Positions 1 to 13,745 of a DNA stretch of 64,000 nt are shown in pieces. The position numbers were made by a program, and so were the translations under genes. This stretch comes from Balanoglossus misakiensis (lineage: Eukaryota > Animalia > Hemichordata), in NCBI GenBank assembly GCA_040954595.2, contig CM082583.2, positions 5,640,849 through 5,704,848 of the forward strand. Reading direction: 5' to 3'. Every line of letters begins with the position of its first letter. Positions within the stretch are counted from its first letter, which is position 1. A model generated the notes under the pieces. It saw only the letters and a list, made by a program, of their open reading frames with translations, searched no databases and had not been told where the DNA came from.

Positions 1-976
1 GCGCGTACCACCGATAAGCCAACCAATCATGAAAAAAGTATCGTGTTTTTTAGATTTCAAGGTAAATTTGTGTTTAACAACAAGACATTAGTTTACTTAG
101 AAAAAAAACTTTCAATTCCTCTGACTTCGTAAACCCAATTTTAGTTGTCATTGTGGCGCTGCGGTAGACATATCACAGCCTTGCCCGGCGGGAACTTTCT
201 AGAGATCACGCCGTCGTTGTACCGAAACGAGTTAATGTTTCGCAATGGATCATATAATCCCATATACCTATGCTATATCAGGAAATTCCCTAAACCACTA
301 CATATTTACATTAGTCCATTAAGAAATACAAAAATATTGCCAATATTCCCACGGGCGCCTAAATCACAAAGTTAGCACCGTGTCGACTTGAACAGGTTGT
401 CAGCGAGCAACGACTCGTGGTGTACCTGGATAAAAAGACACATGATGATTCCCTAGCCGGAGTAAAGGTTGTCTCTCGGCTTGTGCCAGTGCGACCGAAA
501 ATCTGTAATGATATAAGCTTTTCTATTCCGGGGTTGTCTACTGCTGCAAGCGCAGGCACGTGCTCAGTCGGCTTAGAAATCAAATTAATAGGACCTTGTC
601 TTTGCACAACGAAAACATTTCCTCCAGCATTTTCTGTCCAAGCCTAAATTGCAGACTGTATTTAATTAGGAGAGGAATGTTTAACTGAGACTTTCTGCAC
701 TTCAGGGCGACATCCGGGACATTCCATCTTTTTCGCAAATTACGCAAAATAAATCAGTACTTCGTATTATATCCTTCATCGAGCTGATCTCAAATAACAT
801 ATAGTCAGCCACGGGTTATGTGATGAAACAGGGATGGATGGGAAACTTTATTACGGTATTATTAATTGCTCGTGCTTGTATTATTCAACTGTAATTGGCG
901 GAAGCCAGTTGCGTTTCATTATCAGAAAATTCCACCAAGATTTTAGAAATACATGTACCAAGCTATGTGCCAAACG

Positions 977-1032
977 AATCAATCGATCGATCGATGATTG
1001 ATCGCTCAGCCAGCCAGCCAGCCAGCCAGCCA
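977..1032. repeat. Compound tetranucleotide microsatellite (ATCA/ATCG)n followed by (GCCA)n
   Basis: aatcaatcgatcgatcgatgattgatcg then cagccagccagcc... read directly. Confidence 0.85.
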
Positions 1033-4000
1033 AGCATTCATTATCAAATTGAATATTATTTCACAATTTCAACTCACAACACACCATAATATTCCATAAA
1101 GTACTTGTTTGTCCCACTTCATGTCACGCATTTAATCAGAATTATATTTGATATAGTTTCAGTTTTCAAATTGCATTGTCTCGCTGAAACTAGCCGGTTA
1201 CTCGTTCGCGCCTTATGAGATTATTAAGTAGGTTAACGGTCAATGACGTGATCTATATTTGACAATAATCTTAGTGATCGTACCACATATGCGCCTTATG
1301 AGATTAAAGTATGACATAGAAATATACAAAGGGCAGATATTATCACCATTTTGTCGGACGTATTTCAGCGCGGGAAACATGTTAAACTTGCACTACATTT
1401 CAATACCCCAGATCAATTTAGATAACATCTTTTGTGGTGTAAGTTAATCTTTCCCGTGACTGCGACATCTGTAGTGCAAGTACTTTGACTCGGTCGCTCG
1501 ACTCTTATCGGTGGTAACGGGACACTGGGCCGGACCGAATGAAATTAAAGACATCTAATAACCCTTCGCCGCGAGCGAGCATGGGCAGGTGGTCAGGATT
1601 TCGAGAATTTAACAATCAGATTTGGCCCTGAGTTTGCCCTTGTCCTTGGAGGTCCAGCCTGATGTAGTCTTGTCCATCAAGTGGCGATGGAAAGATGTGT
1701 CTAAATTTTGATATGTCTAGATGCTGTCGTCATCGCCTGGGTAAAAAGGAACAAACGAAAGTGTAATAGAAATAATAACTAATTGTTCTGTTTAATAGGT
1801 GCTAACAAAAGTTGAGACAGTACAACTTTCACGACTCGTAGTCCGACTTTCTGTCGCATAATCTAATTGAGAATAATGCCTTTGTGACATTTCAGACATT
1901 GTCACCAATCAAAATGTTGGACGTTGGAAACAAAGGGGGAACATAAGATGCAGTCCTCAGATCTCCGCGGACGTGTTAAATAATCAAGCACAGAAATAAA
2001 TCACGAAGCCCTATAGAGATGGTCAAATACTGGTGTTTAACTTTGCTTTCTAATTGATGGATTATCCTACAATTGGTTCATAGCGTGTAAATTATGACCT
2101 GATTGTGGCCATTTATATTAATCAATTTACAGCCCTGGTTCTTCTGGGAGGGGTGGTGCTGTGCCTTCAGTCACTTGACAGAATAGGTGCCCGATCATTT
2201 ACGTCAAAATCCATTAAAACTTCAGGAAGGAAAGTTAATGCGTTCGTCCGTAATTACTGGTCAGATTTCACCCAAACTTCACCAAAAGCGACTTCTCTTC
2301 ATTATTTTGAAATTCCACCGCGTGTACATTAAAAGCCCCAAGATACACCTGTATTCAGGCTACATTTCAACTAAAAATCAGTTCCAGTACTTTCTCAAGC
2401 TCAAAGCTGGATAATAAATACATCATTCTTAGAAAAACCAAAGAAGGAACTTTTTATGTTATGCGGTAGTCAGATAGGGCGTACCGGCGTATTGCTTAAA
2501 CTCAAGTATTTGCATATACCTGATAAATAAATATATTCCCAAGATTTTGAAGCTAATTTGCATATAACAAACAACGTTTCATAATTCGACATCTACAGCG
2601 TTTCAAGATGAATTCCCTCTAAAACGTAGACTGTTCATCGACATTACTAAATCAGTCTTTGAATATTAATCCCAGAAATAATATAAATTTAAATGATAGG
2701 TATAGTTACTTGCTTCAAGGCTTTCCGATAACCTTAAGCTATTGGCAACATATCGTATAGCAGATTTTTGATTAGATCAAGCAATTAAGATGTTTAATAG
2801 TTGACATATATCATTTTTTGTAAAAACACACCGTGTCGATTAATTAATTCTGTCTGGAATCAGCATGATGTAGCAAAACTATGTCAAGGTATATGCATAG
2901 CAGAATTTGCGTGACCAAATCATGGACATCGACTAAAAAAAGTATCATCGGCCTTCCCCGACTGTTTAATATCCCGAAACCTGTTGGTGCAGGATGGTCA
3001 CAACACGTTGGGTGGTACTTTTTAAACTCAATCATAAAATCTGCGCATTGTTGCTGGTCACGAAGGAAGCGTTTTCACTCGCCGTACATATAGTGCGACC
3101 TCGATTTCTAGGACACAGCCGTACATCACTTGTCGATTTTAAAATTGCATTACAGTTCCCTACTGGGAGCCCTGTGTGAAATATAACCATGAATTGAACG
3201 TTTTTAATTACAATTTCACCTATATAAAGTGTTTCATGGCAAGTTTCCTTAGAGTTATGTAAGCTGTCATCCTCGATCAATCGATGGTACAGACATAAAA
3301 GTGTAGACTCGTGTGTGGTGCGAACAGAGTTAAAGGAATACAATGACCTGTGGGCGTGACTAAGTCTTCAAAAGAACGTGTGGTGGCGCTCTTTTTCGAG
3401 TGGCGACCGATTGAAAAGATGTGATTGGCCAGATCTCCATTTTCTATTTATTAATACAAGATTAATTGATGTTCTTAGTGAATTACAAAACACCTTGGGT
3501 AAATAAATAATTGATGGTCGTTTCATTGTTTTGAAAGGATTGAAACAAAGAATTACATTATGAATTGACCAGTTGGTTCACTACAAGTACAACTTAAAAT
3601 ATTGTTTGGTACCGAAAATTATACTCGGTATTATCTTCTGTTTACTTTTCAAAATTTCGTTTGAGTTACAATCAGTCGGAAATCTAAAGAAATAAGACAC
3701 CAATTCTGAGCATTCCTTTGTCAATTTTTCTGTTTTTCTAAATCAGTATAAGTATCTGTCCCTGTTTCTATCTGTTCGAGGTCAGATCAGGTCAGGTCAG
3801 GAAACGTAAGGATTATCGAAAAGAAAAAAAACACATCATCGATATCTTGCGTTGCGTACCATCTGTTACTGTATTCCAGACATACATCGCACTAGTTCGC
3901 TTTTTGTTCATTGTGTCTGCAGGTCACGATCAGAGGATTCCTCTTCAGTTGGGTACGACTCTTGTCTTATCTTATCTGCCTGCCGCCATATTGCTTGGCC

Positions 4001-5178
4001 GAGTCAAATGGGACTCGTACGGCAATGCGCGCCGCAATTGTCGCTTTTTGACATCGTAAAGATTGAAGCGATTATGCAGTACGCAAGTACGGCCCGGCAT
4101 TTTCCCCAGTGGCAAAATGAAATAAAACGAAGCGAAGGTTGTCTTTTTGATAGGAACAAAACATGACACGGTGCTGCGTGCGTTTTTATCACAAAGGAAA
4201 CCCATAATGAGGAATCAATCACGCCAAATTTTCTTCGCTTTGAAAGCCTCTTCAGACCTCTACAACATATTTAGTGAGATGTTGACGCAAATGCTGTTGA
4301 GAGGAACGATTTCTAGTTAAAGCAATATGGCAGGGATGAAGAGGTTGGGCGCGTAAAAAGACCATCAAGGCAAACTGCAGTTTTCACAACGACGTGCACT
4401 GAATGCGCGAGAATAACTGACTCTTTTCGACCATCTGATCGTGACGTGAGCGGGAATAGTCGCGTTCACATTTCACATTTCCCCCGAGTGATTGACAGTG
4501 GTGGTTGGGGGGGGGGGGGGGGGAAGAAGACCACTTCAGTCTGTCTTTCACCGCTCCAGTGGCATTTGAAAAGTGCTGATTGAAAAACACGGTTCGCGAC
4601 CCTGATGCAACGAGCTGCATATGTTCGCGCGGCTCGCGGAGAATCATTTCGCCGTTAGACCAAAAGACGACGAAACGTGAGCAACGTGCACGTGCGGAAA
4701 GCATTGTTTGGCCAACACAGCTTTCCTTTCCAGCGAATCGTTTCTGTGACAAAGGCAAAGCACTTTTGCTCTGCCACTGGGTAAAGGTGAAGGTAATATT
4801 ATTGATTTGAAGGACCAACCGGTAAAAGTTGCCGAGCGTAGGTACACATTTGCCCCTGTAGAACGCAACAAATTGGCGGCAATAATTTACATCCAGATGT
4901 TCACTCGAATCTCTGACCTTCAAAAAAAGTATAAACAGATGATTGATGAAAGCGAAAAGATGATGAGAGCGAAAGCGCCAGTCTCAGTAACGCCTCCGAA
5001 TTTATAAATGTTTAATTTGCATTTTATTTTTTATCGGTCGTTGTTGTGGTTAACACGCTCCATTACCTCCCGAACGTGCCATACACGCGTGTACCCTCAA
5101 AGAGACAAAGACGTCCATATGGCGCTTGATTTGCTGATAAGTTTCAGTAGTGGCAATTCTCCGATGATGCTATAGATT

Positions 5179-5179
<1 letters not shown>

Positions 5180-5262
<83 letters not shown>
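5180..5262. repeat. (AG)n microsatellite, ~41 units
   Basis: Uninterrupted GA repeat. Confidence 0.99.
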
Positions 5263-5264
<2 letters not shown>

Positions 5265-5900
5265 ATTTTAGGTAATTATTCTTTCATGTATCAATGGGTT
5301 AATTAGGATGTAGACACGGGAGGAATTTTCTGGTCTGTTGGTCCTTGCAACGGGACCGCTATCAGATATTAAAAAACGATGTCAGAGTTGTGGCAGTTAC
5401 ATTTCAGTAGGCATTGAACTAAGTACACACATGTAACCGTGTAAATATCGTGTAAATATGGAATTTTCACAGAACCACTGCATGCAATATCATGGCAACG
5501 GAGTGAAAAATAAACTTGAAATGACAACAGAAAACACGAAATTGCAACCATCCGACTGCACGAAGAGTAGCATTCATGGAAACCTTTCGGAAACAATTAT
5601 TCTCCTTGACGCGCCGGGCAACTGAGTCTCTCAAACCTGACATTTAATTGTTGTTACTGCGTAATATAGATTCTTTGAACAGTGCCATATTGTAGGTTCA
5701 GATTCTCAACCAACCTTTTCCCTCTCGGGTGATTTTTTCCGAGTCAGTCTAAAATTCATATATCCCCGTCTGTTGCGTGATTTAAAACTCGGTTGACATC
5801 TGGCGGGTTCGGGGATCTCGGATCTTCTTGTACTATAGTAGGGCCCAAAGAAATGCAAAGGAATGATATCCTGTAGTTTTATTCGTCACCCTTCCTTGCC

Positions 5901-5978
<78 letters not shown>
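5901..5978. repeat. (TCTG)n microsatellite, ~19 units
   Basis: Uninterrupted TCTG repeat; explains the QTDR-repeat ORF at 5833..6021. Confidence 0.99.
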
Positions 5979-6403
5979 CGACCCCAGACAGAACAAAAGC
6001 GCACGCGGAGAAAACGTGCACCGATAAAATGTGTCACACATCGCAAGTGACATGGTCCACGGAAATGCAGTTGGATCTCAAGAGATTGGTTATGTCAGAT
6101 ACAAATTTAAGGGATCTTTTCTAATGAGGATCGATGATAACCCCAAGAAAATCCGCTCAAATCTTTCGGTAATTTAGCTGATATTGCGTACATCCAATTA
6201 GAGTGACGTGATTACTCAGGGGCTGCAATGCATCAATGTTTAAGTGGCCAATCCGTTTAATTTTGTGTATACGAGATTATAACGTGTCCTTACGTTAAAG
6301 GGGGTAGTAATGTTTCCTCGCTGTGGTGTAGCACCAATGTTGCAAGTAACGAAGGAAGTCTGAAGAAAATGAGTAGATACAAAAGTTAGAGTTGGAGGCC
6401 TAT

Positions 6404-6466
6404 TATCATCATCATCATCATCGTCGTCGTCATCGTCATCGTCACCGTCATCGTCGTCATCATCAT
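6404..6466. repeat. (ATC/GTC)n trinucleotide repeat
   Basis: Mixed ATC/GTC units; explains the poly-Asp in ORF 6240..6641. Confidence 0.95.
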
Positions 6467-9400
6467 GTTGAGCACATAATTTGCAAGTCAGAATAAGATC
6501 AAAAGAAGGAAGCTTAAGAATAGTATGCGGATAGATGTATTGAAACATACACGTCGCTGAACATTCATAATACGCCCTTTTGAAGATTTGTAAAAAAAAA
6601 TATTTAAAAGTGTACAGTGTTATTGACCTACATATCCACATCCTACACGCATTTCATCCAATGACGTCAACGACATGGACGTGTAATATTTCCCGCAGCG
6701 AATTCCGTTCCCATTTGCCGGGAGTGTGGTAATATTTATGCGAAGTAACGCGAGAATTCATAATACTCAAGATCTTTCTAAATACACGTTCTGAACGTGG
6801 AATGAATCGCCCGCCTGCAAGCAGCGTGCTATCAGATCACACCAAAGCAACTGACATCTGCAGCTGTTCCATGGACACGTACAGTAACTGTAGATCGATA
6901 TACGAATACGCTTGCGATTTTTGTCGTGCTGTACAGTTTTGATACACTGTGGTTTCGACGGAAATCAAGCGCCCTGTCTGCGTCGCCACCATTTGTTTGT
7001 CTGCTATATCCAAAAGTATCACAGAATCGTTGACTTTTTGAACTCATTTTGAAACTTGCGGCGATTTTAAAAGCCAGACTATGTGAAACACCCGGACGAA
7101 CCTCACAAGCGAACATCACCGATCCTTTATTGACACAATCAGCTTATGGCGCATATTTCTGGAAATCGTAAACTTTCCCCACAAAGTAATGAAAATTTAT
7201 CGATTAGAAGCACTTAAATTTTCCCGGGCAATGAATTTGAGTGTATTTTGCCCGAATCCACAAATATTAAAAGTGATGACTTTTTTATTGTTTCACTAAT
7301 CAGTTTGAGTGGTCCCCACACACCGTGTTCTCAGTTTCAAGGAGCGCCCCCAGGAATAAAAAAAAACCCACCGTACTAACACTCGAACCTGTAATTTCGA
7401 ACAAGTACTGCCTATTGCAGTTTGAGGCGAGCACATTCAGAAGTAAGAGAAACGTGCGAATCTGCAGTATGGCCGCAGTTACTAGTGGGAGGGGGCGTTG
7501 AAATCGCGCAAACAGAGTTGCCAGAGGGAACGAATCCAATCCGAAAATCAACATCAGATTTAACATTTTAATAGCCTTGTGGGTCTAAGCGTTACCGTTC
7601 TTGCAATTTGGGTCGCTTTAGAACTTGTCCTGATTCGAACACCCACACACCCAGTTTTACATTCCAAACACCATGTACTGGTTACATGCACTTTTATACT
7701 TGTTGGTGCACCATAAGGCACCCTACAAGTGGTCATAGACTTGGACACAGCTAAAAAGAAATACAAAACCCCACCATTGCCAAGAATACATTATAAACCT
7801 GGGGACCTGTAGCTAAAGTATATAATTAATGCGAATTCGTATACTTTGTAGGTTTTTTCTATTTGGGTAACAATTGTAATACATGTAGTCCTTAAATGAG
7901 TACTAGTCGTAAATGAGTCATAGCCTCTCGCGAAAAGGTTCACTGAGACAAACTATTAGATACAAAAAGAGAAGTTTTAGCGAAAAGGACACGACACAAC
8001 ACGACTTTCTTCTCTGTGAATTTGATTTTGGTTCGCCTTTGCTGTCAAACATATCGAATGCATAAAGCCTACCATTTGAATCGCGAGAAACTTGACACGC
8101 ATACAAATGAAAAGCATAATTTGCATATTCACGAAGACGGTGATAAGCGAGAGATAGTGGGTGTTTGCGTACGCTTTGTGAATTTAATTTAATATAATCA
8201 ACCAGTGTTGACGTGTTGTACATTTAAAATATGATTAGGAAGGTTACCTTCCATTAATAACGTTTTCCTAATCTCATAAAATGCCGAAATAGTAAAGATC
8301 GATCCGTCAGGAAGCGGACAAAATCTCATATAATCACAGTCGAGTATCTTAACACACATTATGGTAGATCGCATCTTATTTGTTAAGTACACTCACAGGG
8401 CTCTTATAAATCCACGACGGTGTGCATTAAACTGGAATGTCCGGTTTAAACCTACATTCGAATCATTTCAGAAGTGCCGTCGGTGTTGGTTTTAGCCACC
8501 GCAATCGCAGACCCGCTCAATGCTCAAAGATTTCGAAAATCACCTTCTGAAGATATTTAGCGACGCCGCGGTTCCTCAGCATGGTAAAACAAAACTGACT
8601 ATGACACGCTCATTAAACCAACTCAGTTTTCAAATAACTTAGCCTGTTTTGTCCAATATCCATGGCGAAAGGCCCTGTCAAAAACGCCGCACATGGATTA
8701 TTGGAATCTTTCCAAGTCGCCAGCTACACGTGTATGTGTAGCGACAACATGGTAGAGTAAAATTCACGTTAATATTCTTCTGGTAGAGTTTTGAATTTCA
8801 ATGCAGAAGTCCAGCAGTCGGTAGGGAGGAGAGGGGGGGGGGGGGGGGCACAAATCGGTATGTTAATTGCTGCATTTTGATACAGTATCTATTCCGACTT
8901 GGGGAATCGATAGTTGCCACGGTGAAAGGGGTCATAAGGGTCACTTGAACAATATCGATGGGAAATGGTTAGCCGGGGTTCCACTAATTTCACCATTCAG
9001 TGAAGATCTGCTGAGTACGTAGCATGTTATGATGTTATGAGTTACTCCATTAGATCTAAGTCTCCATGCAGTGTGATATGACCGTGGTGTGTGTAGACCG
9101 ACATCAAAAGTCAGTGCAGGAACTGCTTTGAGCTCCTACACTCCTTTTCAGAGTACCGGTGCGAACGGGAAAAGCAGTTTCAGGAACGTCGGTCATGTGG
9201 CTTGTTAAACTCGTTTAAAACTACGAATGCTTTCGCGTCGGTCCCGTAGAAAAGACTTTATTTGCCTTGTACTGACCTGGTGCCTCGAACAAAATTTCGC
9301 ACCGTTGTGAATAACATGCGCTCGTAATCACGCAGTTTTATGGACGCAACGTCGAGATTAATGACTTAGATTAGGATGAATACGGAAGAATATCCACGCG

Positions 9401-9854
9401 GTTTAGTGGAACTGGCGGCCGTGTTTCTGAATATTCCGTGACTCATCCATATCCATTGCCGTTGATAATCTGATATCCACCTTAAACGATCTCGGAAATT
9501 TCCTTCCTACTTCCCTAAAAACGTGGTAATCCCACCCCAAACGGTCATTACCTGCAACTTTCAGGGGTTCTATATTCGGACGTGTAGAATAACGCGTGTG
9601 TATTATGGAGACCATGAATTAAAGATGACGTCATGCGAAACGCGGTGACTACCTAATACGGGAAAATGAGATGCCTGGGCTCAGCGGAAATAACTAAATC
9701 TCTCTGAAAAAGGAGCAAATGTTGACCTTCCCGTATACTCATTCTTATTCTGAATCAAAAGTTTGAATTTCTCTACCAGCATGTGCACTGGCATCTTGTC
9801 AGACGATATTCCATTCCTTTGACGTGCGTAACGAATTCCTCTTTTCTTTAACAG

Positions 9855-9928
9855 GTTTCCAGGGTCCTTGCAGTAGGCAGGAACGGAGACGGGAGATTCG
9901 AATTCTTCTGAAGAATCACCAGCTGCAG
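9855..9928 (+). other. Candidate exon (strong acceptor, weak donor)
   Basis: gcgtaac...ttcctcttttctttaacAG acceptor; CAG|GTGGCC donor; open in phase 1 (GFQGPCSRQERRREIRILLKNHQLQ). Confidence 0.2.
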
Positions 9929-11466
9929 GTGGCCTCTAACTTTTCACCAACCGCCGAGACGAAAACAGGAAAACCGCTATCAGTGCGCGAGACAGACTAA
10001 ACCACTTTTCAAAATTATATACTGACTTATACACTGTATATTGAAGCCTCGCTTATTAAGAGGAGCCCAAGAAAGGCGTTTTGGGGGTTCGGCGCAGACG
10101 GCGACTGACCACGAGAGAAGAAACCGAAAATACAAAGGGAACCTCTCCACTGCCGGAAATTAAACACACCGAATGAAAAATTTCCGACCTACAGCAGCCG
10201 TACTCGTGTACATTACGTAAACCTCAATATTACTCTCATTGATTTGCAAACGACTTGGTTATTTAAAGCGCCATCTTGTAACCCGTTGTTGCACTGACGT
10301 GCCGAAAGCTTATCGTGTGCAATTTGGTTACGGACGAGCCTAGCCCACTTTGGTTCAATCCGAAGCAGACCGCATTTTTCTGAAGATAATTTTGGGACGG
10401 ACAAGTGCAACGGCCTGGGTGAGTGTAGACTTTTATCATTTTTCCCAATTTCTCACTTCTTGATAATACGAGTTCCGATAGCTACAATATACCTCTGATA
10501 TTTGTCTGTAGATTGTGATTGATTCCCAGTTTTACTTAGGGATTAATATATGGCAGGTGCCACGTGTTGGGGCAGGGTTTACTCACTATTTTCGAACACC
10601 TGTCTTAACATCTCAGTATGTTAGCCAGGGGACTATCAATATCTTGAATATTTGTCAACCATGAAGTCCATTGGTGATAGAAAGCCTTCGCAATCAGTTA
10701 AAAGAAAGGATAGTACTTCTTGGCTATTAACATAATGCGGCCATGCACGGAGTGTAGCTTCTTGCGTGTCGTATTGAACAAGTTGTCATGCGAGACTAAT
10801 ACACCCCGCACAGTCCTGATCCATAAACGGCCTCATTTTGTGTATATAAGTCCATTGTAAAACTTCCTTAGTTTAATATTAAATCTATGGTGCATTTTCA
10901 GGTAGAAGAGACGCCCGCAATGGCGTCTGCGCGTGAGAACTAAAAAAGTACATGTTTTAAATTGTACAAATGATTGGTATGGGGCAAAATATAGAATGCT
11001 TCACTGCCCACGTGCCTAAATACGTAATAGCTGTAATGGAATCCCGTGCTTCAATTTGAATTCACATTGTACAGTGCGAATACTACTATACGGAAACAAA
11101 CCTACTGTACAAATATCTCTATTGATTGTGGCGACAATTGCATAATAATAACACACACACAAGAAACAATATGAACTCATTTAGCTGGAATTGACAGAAA
11201 GGTATTTCAGTATGTGAGGTGATTGAACCGCCATTGAAACATTTTGTCACGTGAAGACTTTCTAATAACTACGACTTCAATCATATCTCATTGTGCGCTT
11301 CCCTGGTACGGAATTAGGACTTGCATCCGGGTATTTTTTCTTTATGAAAAATATAATTTGCCAGTGTCATGGATCATTAACTTGATGATATATTATTGTG
11401 TATTTCCAATCAAGTAAGTGTTGTACGTTGTATGGTGAGCCACTGTGTTGGACTTGAGATACTCAC

Positions 11467-11565
11467 CTGAGTCTATTCTCGTTTCTTTCACGTAAGTAAA
11501 AACGTCAACATTGTATACGACCTTATTGTCAGTGGTTACTGATGTCTGACAGAGGAGCGCATGCG
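11467..11565 (-). other. Candidate 99-nt symmetric (phase 1-1) exon, open reading AHALLCQTSVTTDNKVVYNVDVFTYVKETRIDS
   Basis: Minus-strand acceptor tcttgactctgtttatatcAG and consensus donor CAG|GTGAGT; length is a multiple of 3 and the frame is open; no homolog recognised. Confidence 0.3.
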
Positions 11566-13604
11566 CTGATATAAACAGAGTCAAGATTGGCTTCAGTGGT
11601 TTAAATTTAAATTTCCATGAATTCAACTTCTTGACTCATATTGGCATACAGCTATAGTACCTGTAAAAGGCTCAAAGCATTTAGACAATAGTTATTTCGT
11701 GATTTGAATTTGGACAATTCTGAATGAAACGACCCCTCAAATCGGGGCGATAACGCCGTTTTCGAAGACAGTGTACAAGCAAACTAGTCAGGTTGCTTCG
11801 TTGATTGTAAAATATATCACCTCTGTTGCTTACTCCTATGATTATCTGCCTTTCAAATTTTCCAATTAAACGTCGCTCGTAAATAGCAAGAATTATGGAA
11901 GACTAAAGGGAAATCAACAGGGTAATTTACACATGGTGTATAGATGTTACGGACGTCACGACGAAGAATATGAATATACATGATATAGTACTTTATCGAA
12001 ATCGTTTGAAGGAACATTTGAATTTGTTGGAATCTTGACAAATAATAATATCAATAGCTAAAGAATCTATTTTCTAAGAAAATTGAATAGCAAAGGTCGC
12101 CTGATTTTCATTTCTGATTTATGGATCGGCAATATCTTATCGTTGTTTTATTTGGCGCACGATCCATTGACGTTTTTGCAGCAATGGGTGAGTAATAAGT
12201 TATAGCGTGTACAATAACGGCACTTATTGCTTCAACGGAATGCATCAATTTTTCATTTGGTACATTTGGCAGTTTTGCGGCCATTTTGAAACGTGGCAAC
12301 CATATATCTTGTCCGTGCGTAAGTGACCCGATGTTTTGGCAGGCCATAAATCGTCGATAGGGCACTGTCTCTATAATGCCTCGGTATTATACGGTCAGCT
12401 GCATATCCGAAGCGAACGACGTGCTAATGCAAGCGAAGATTATAACAGTCACCTCATCCTCGTTATTCTTAGTGATGTTCTGAGTTTAAATCAGAAAATG
12501 TACATGAAGTATATGTCAGTGAAAATGGCAAGGAAGAATGCCAAAACAAACAAAACAAACAAATCATTTGTTTATCAGGTTGGGTTGGATTTGAATTTGG
12601 CGAAGGCTTCTGTCAGACCGGCAACTTTGCAAAACGACTTGCTGTTTCGTGATGAAAAGTATTCCTAGCACGAAAGAGCTTTTTGCATCGATGAAACTTA
12701 TATCGATTGTAACTGCGACTACTTGAAACCCAACCAGACAGCCTTTTCCCTGTTGTGATGTAACTCTACATCCCATGTAATGCTATCCTTCCCATGATGC
12801 AACGTGATATCACTCTAACCATTTCCCGCGAACGAGACGAGCGCATGAATAAACAAACCAAATGATTAATGCCAATACCTCTCGCCGTCTAGCGGTTGAA
12901 TGTGGATTAATTGGATTAATTAGACTGCAATCGATCACAATTTCAGATAGATTTCCTTACGTTAAATGGTTAAAGGAATCGCTATCGAACGACGGTAAAG
13001 GGTAAGTGGCAGTAACTAAAGACGAGAAAAAATAAACATGTTTGACACAAATTTCTCCCAAATGAAACAAGATAAAAGACGCTGATAATGGAAAGAATTC
13101 TGCCATCTTTATTCATGTCTTTTTAGCGCCAGTTGCCTTCGCTCATAGTGTTTTGGCGAACGCAGCGTTTTCGATCTGGGCAGTTAAATCACTGAGGGTA
13201 CCTGGTTAATGGTCCTACGGGATTGCGAGGAACAGATTAGAGAATGGAGAATGGTACATTTGATGCTGCTCATAGCGCCTTACAAGCAAGAAAGATCTTG
13301 CACCAATGAATAGGTTGTGACTGATACGGAACTTGGAAACCCTAGAATAATCCCGGTACAGTTTGCATTACTTTTGTTGCCGTCATGCAACCTTCTCAGA
13401 CGTGTGTCTCAACCGGCTGGAGCTTTAATGTCCCCCACAATCCCCGCACACAGAACGGGCAGGTGCTTTTGTATTCGCGCAGTGAATGCCTCTTTCTTCA
13501 AGTCCAGAAAGATGCATTCATTACACCTCAACAAGATGTCGACACTCAATAGACATGAGTTCCGAGGGATACCTTGGCACCAGGGAATCGATTCCACAGT
13601 ATAG

Positions 13605-13745
13605 TCGAAGCGAAAAGATACGGGCGACCTTTTCGATCCGACGTGGTACCCCGAGACCCATTACGCCTTTAACGTCAAGATGTTCGCCCCGGAGGACAAG
13701 GAGTCGAATTCAGCGTCCTGGAAAGTTGGCGACGCCTTTCACTGA
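13605..13745 (+). pseudogene. Coding-like segment (terminal exon or gene relic): SKRKDTGDLFDPTWYPETHYAFNVKMFAPEDKESNSASWKVGDAFH*
   Basis: 34 of 46 codons end in G/C in a ~40% GC window; in frame with ORF 13317..13604 across a single TAG; product not recognised. Confidence 0.3.

Noticed and set aside
4384-4923. Longest ORF (179 aa, minus strand)
   Set aside because: No ATG start, crosses a poly-G tract (giving poly-Pro), no recognisable domain.
6240-6641. ORF with a poly-Asp run
   Set aside because: Translation of an (ATC/GTC)n microsatellite.
9855-9911. VLAVGRNGDGRFEFF resembles a bacterial beta-propeller lectin repeat
   Set aside because: Single 18-codon stretch ending in a stop; no further repeats.
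13409-13597. CIFLDLKKEAF and QGIPRNSCL resemble LINE RT motifs
   Set aside because: The motifs are in the wrong order and too close together for an RT domain.
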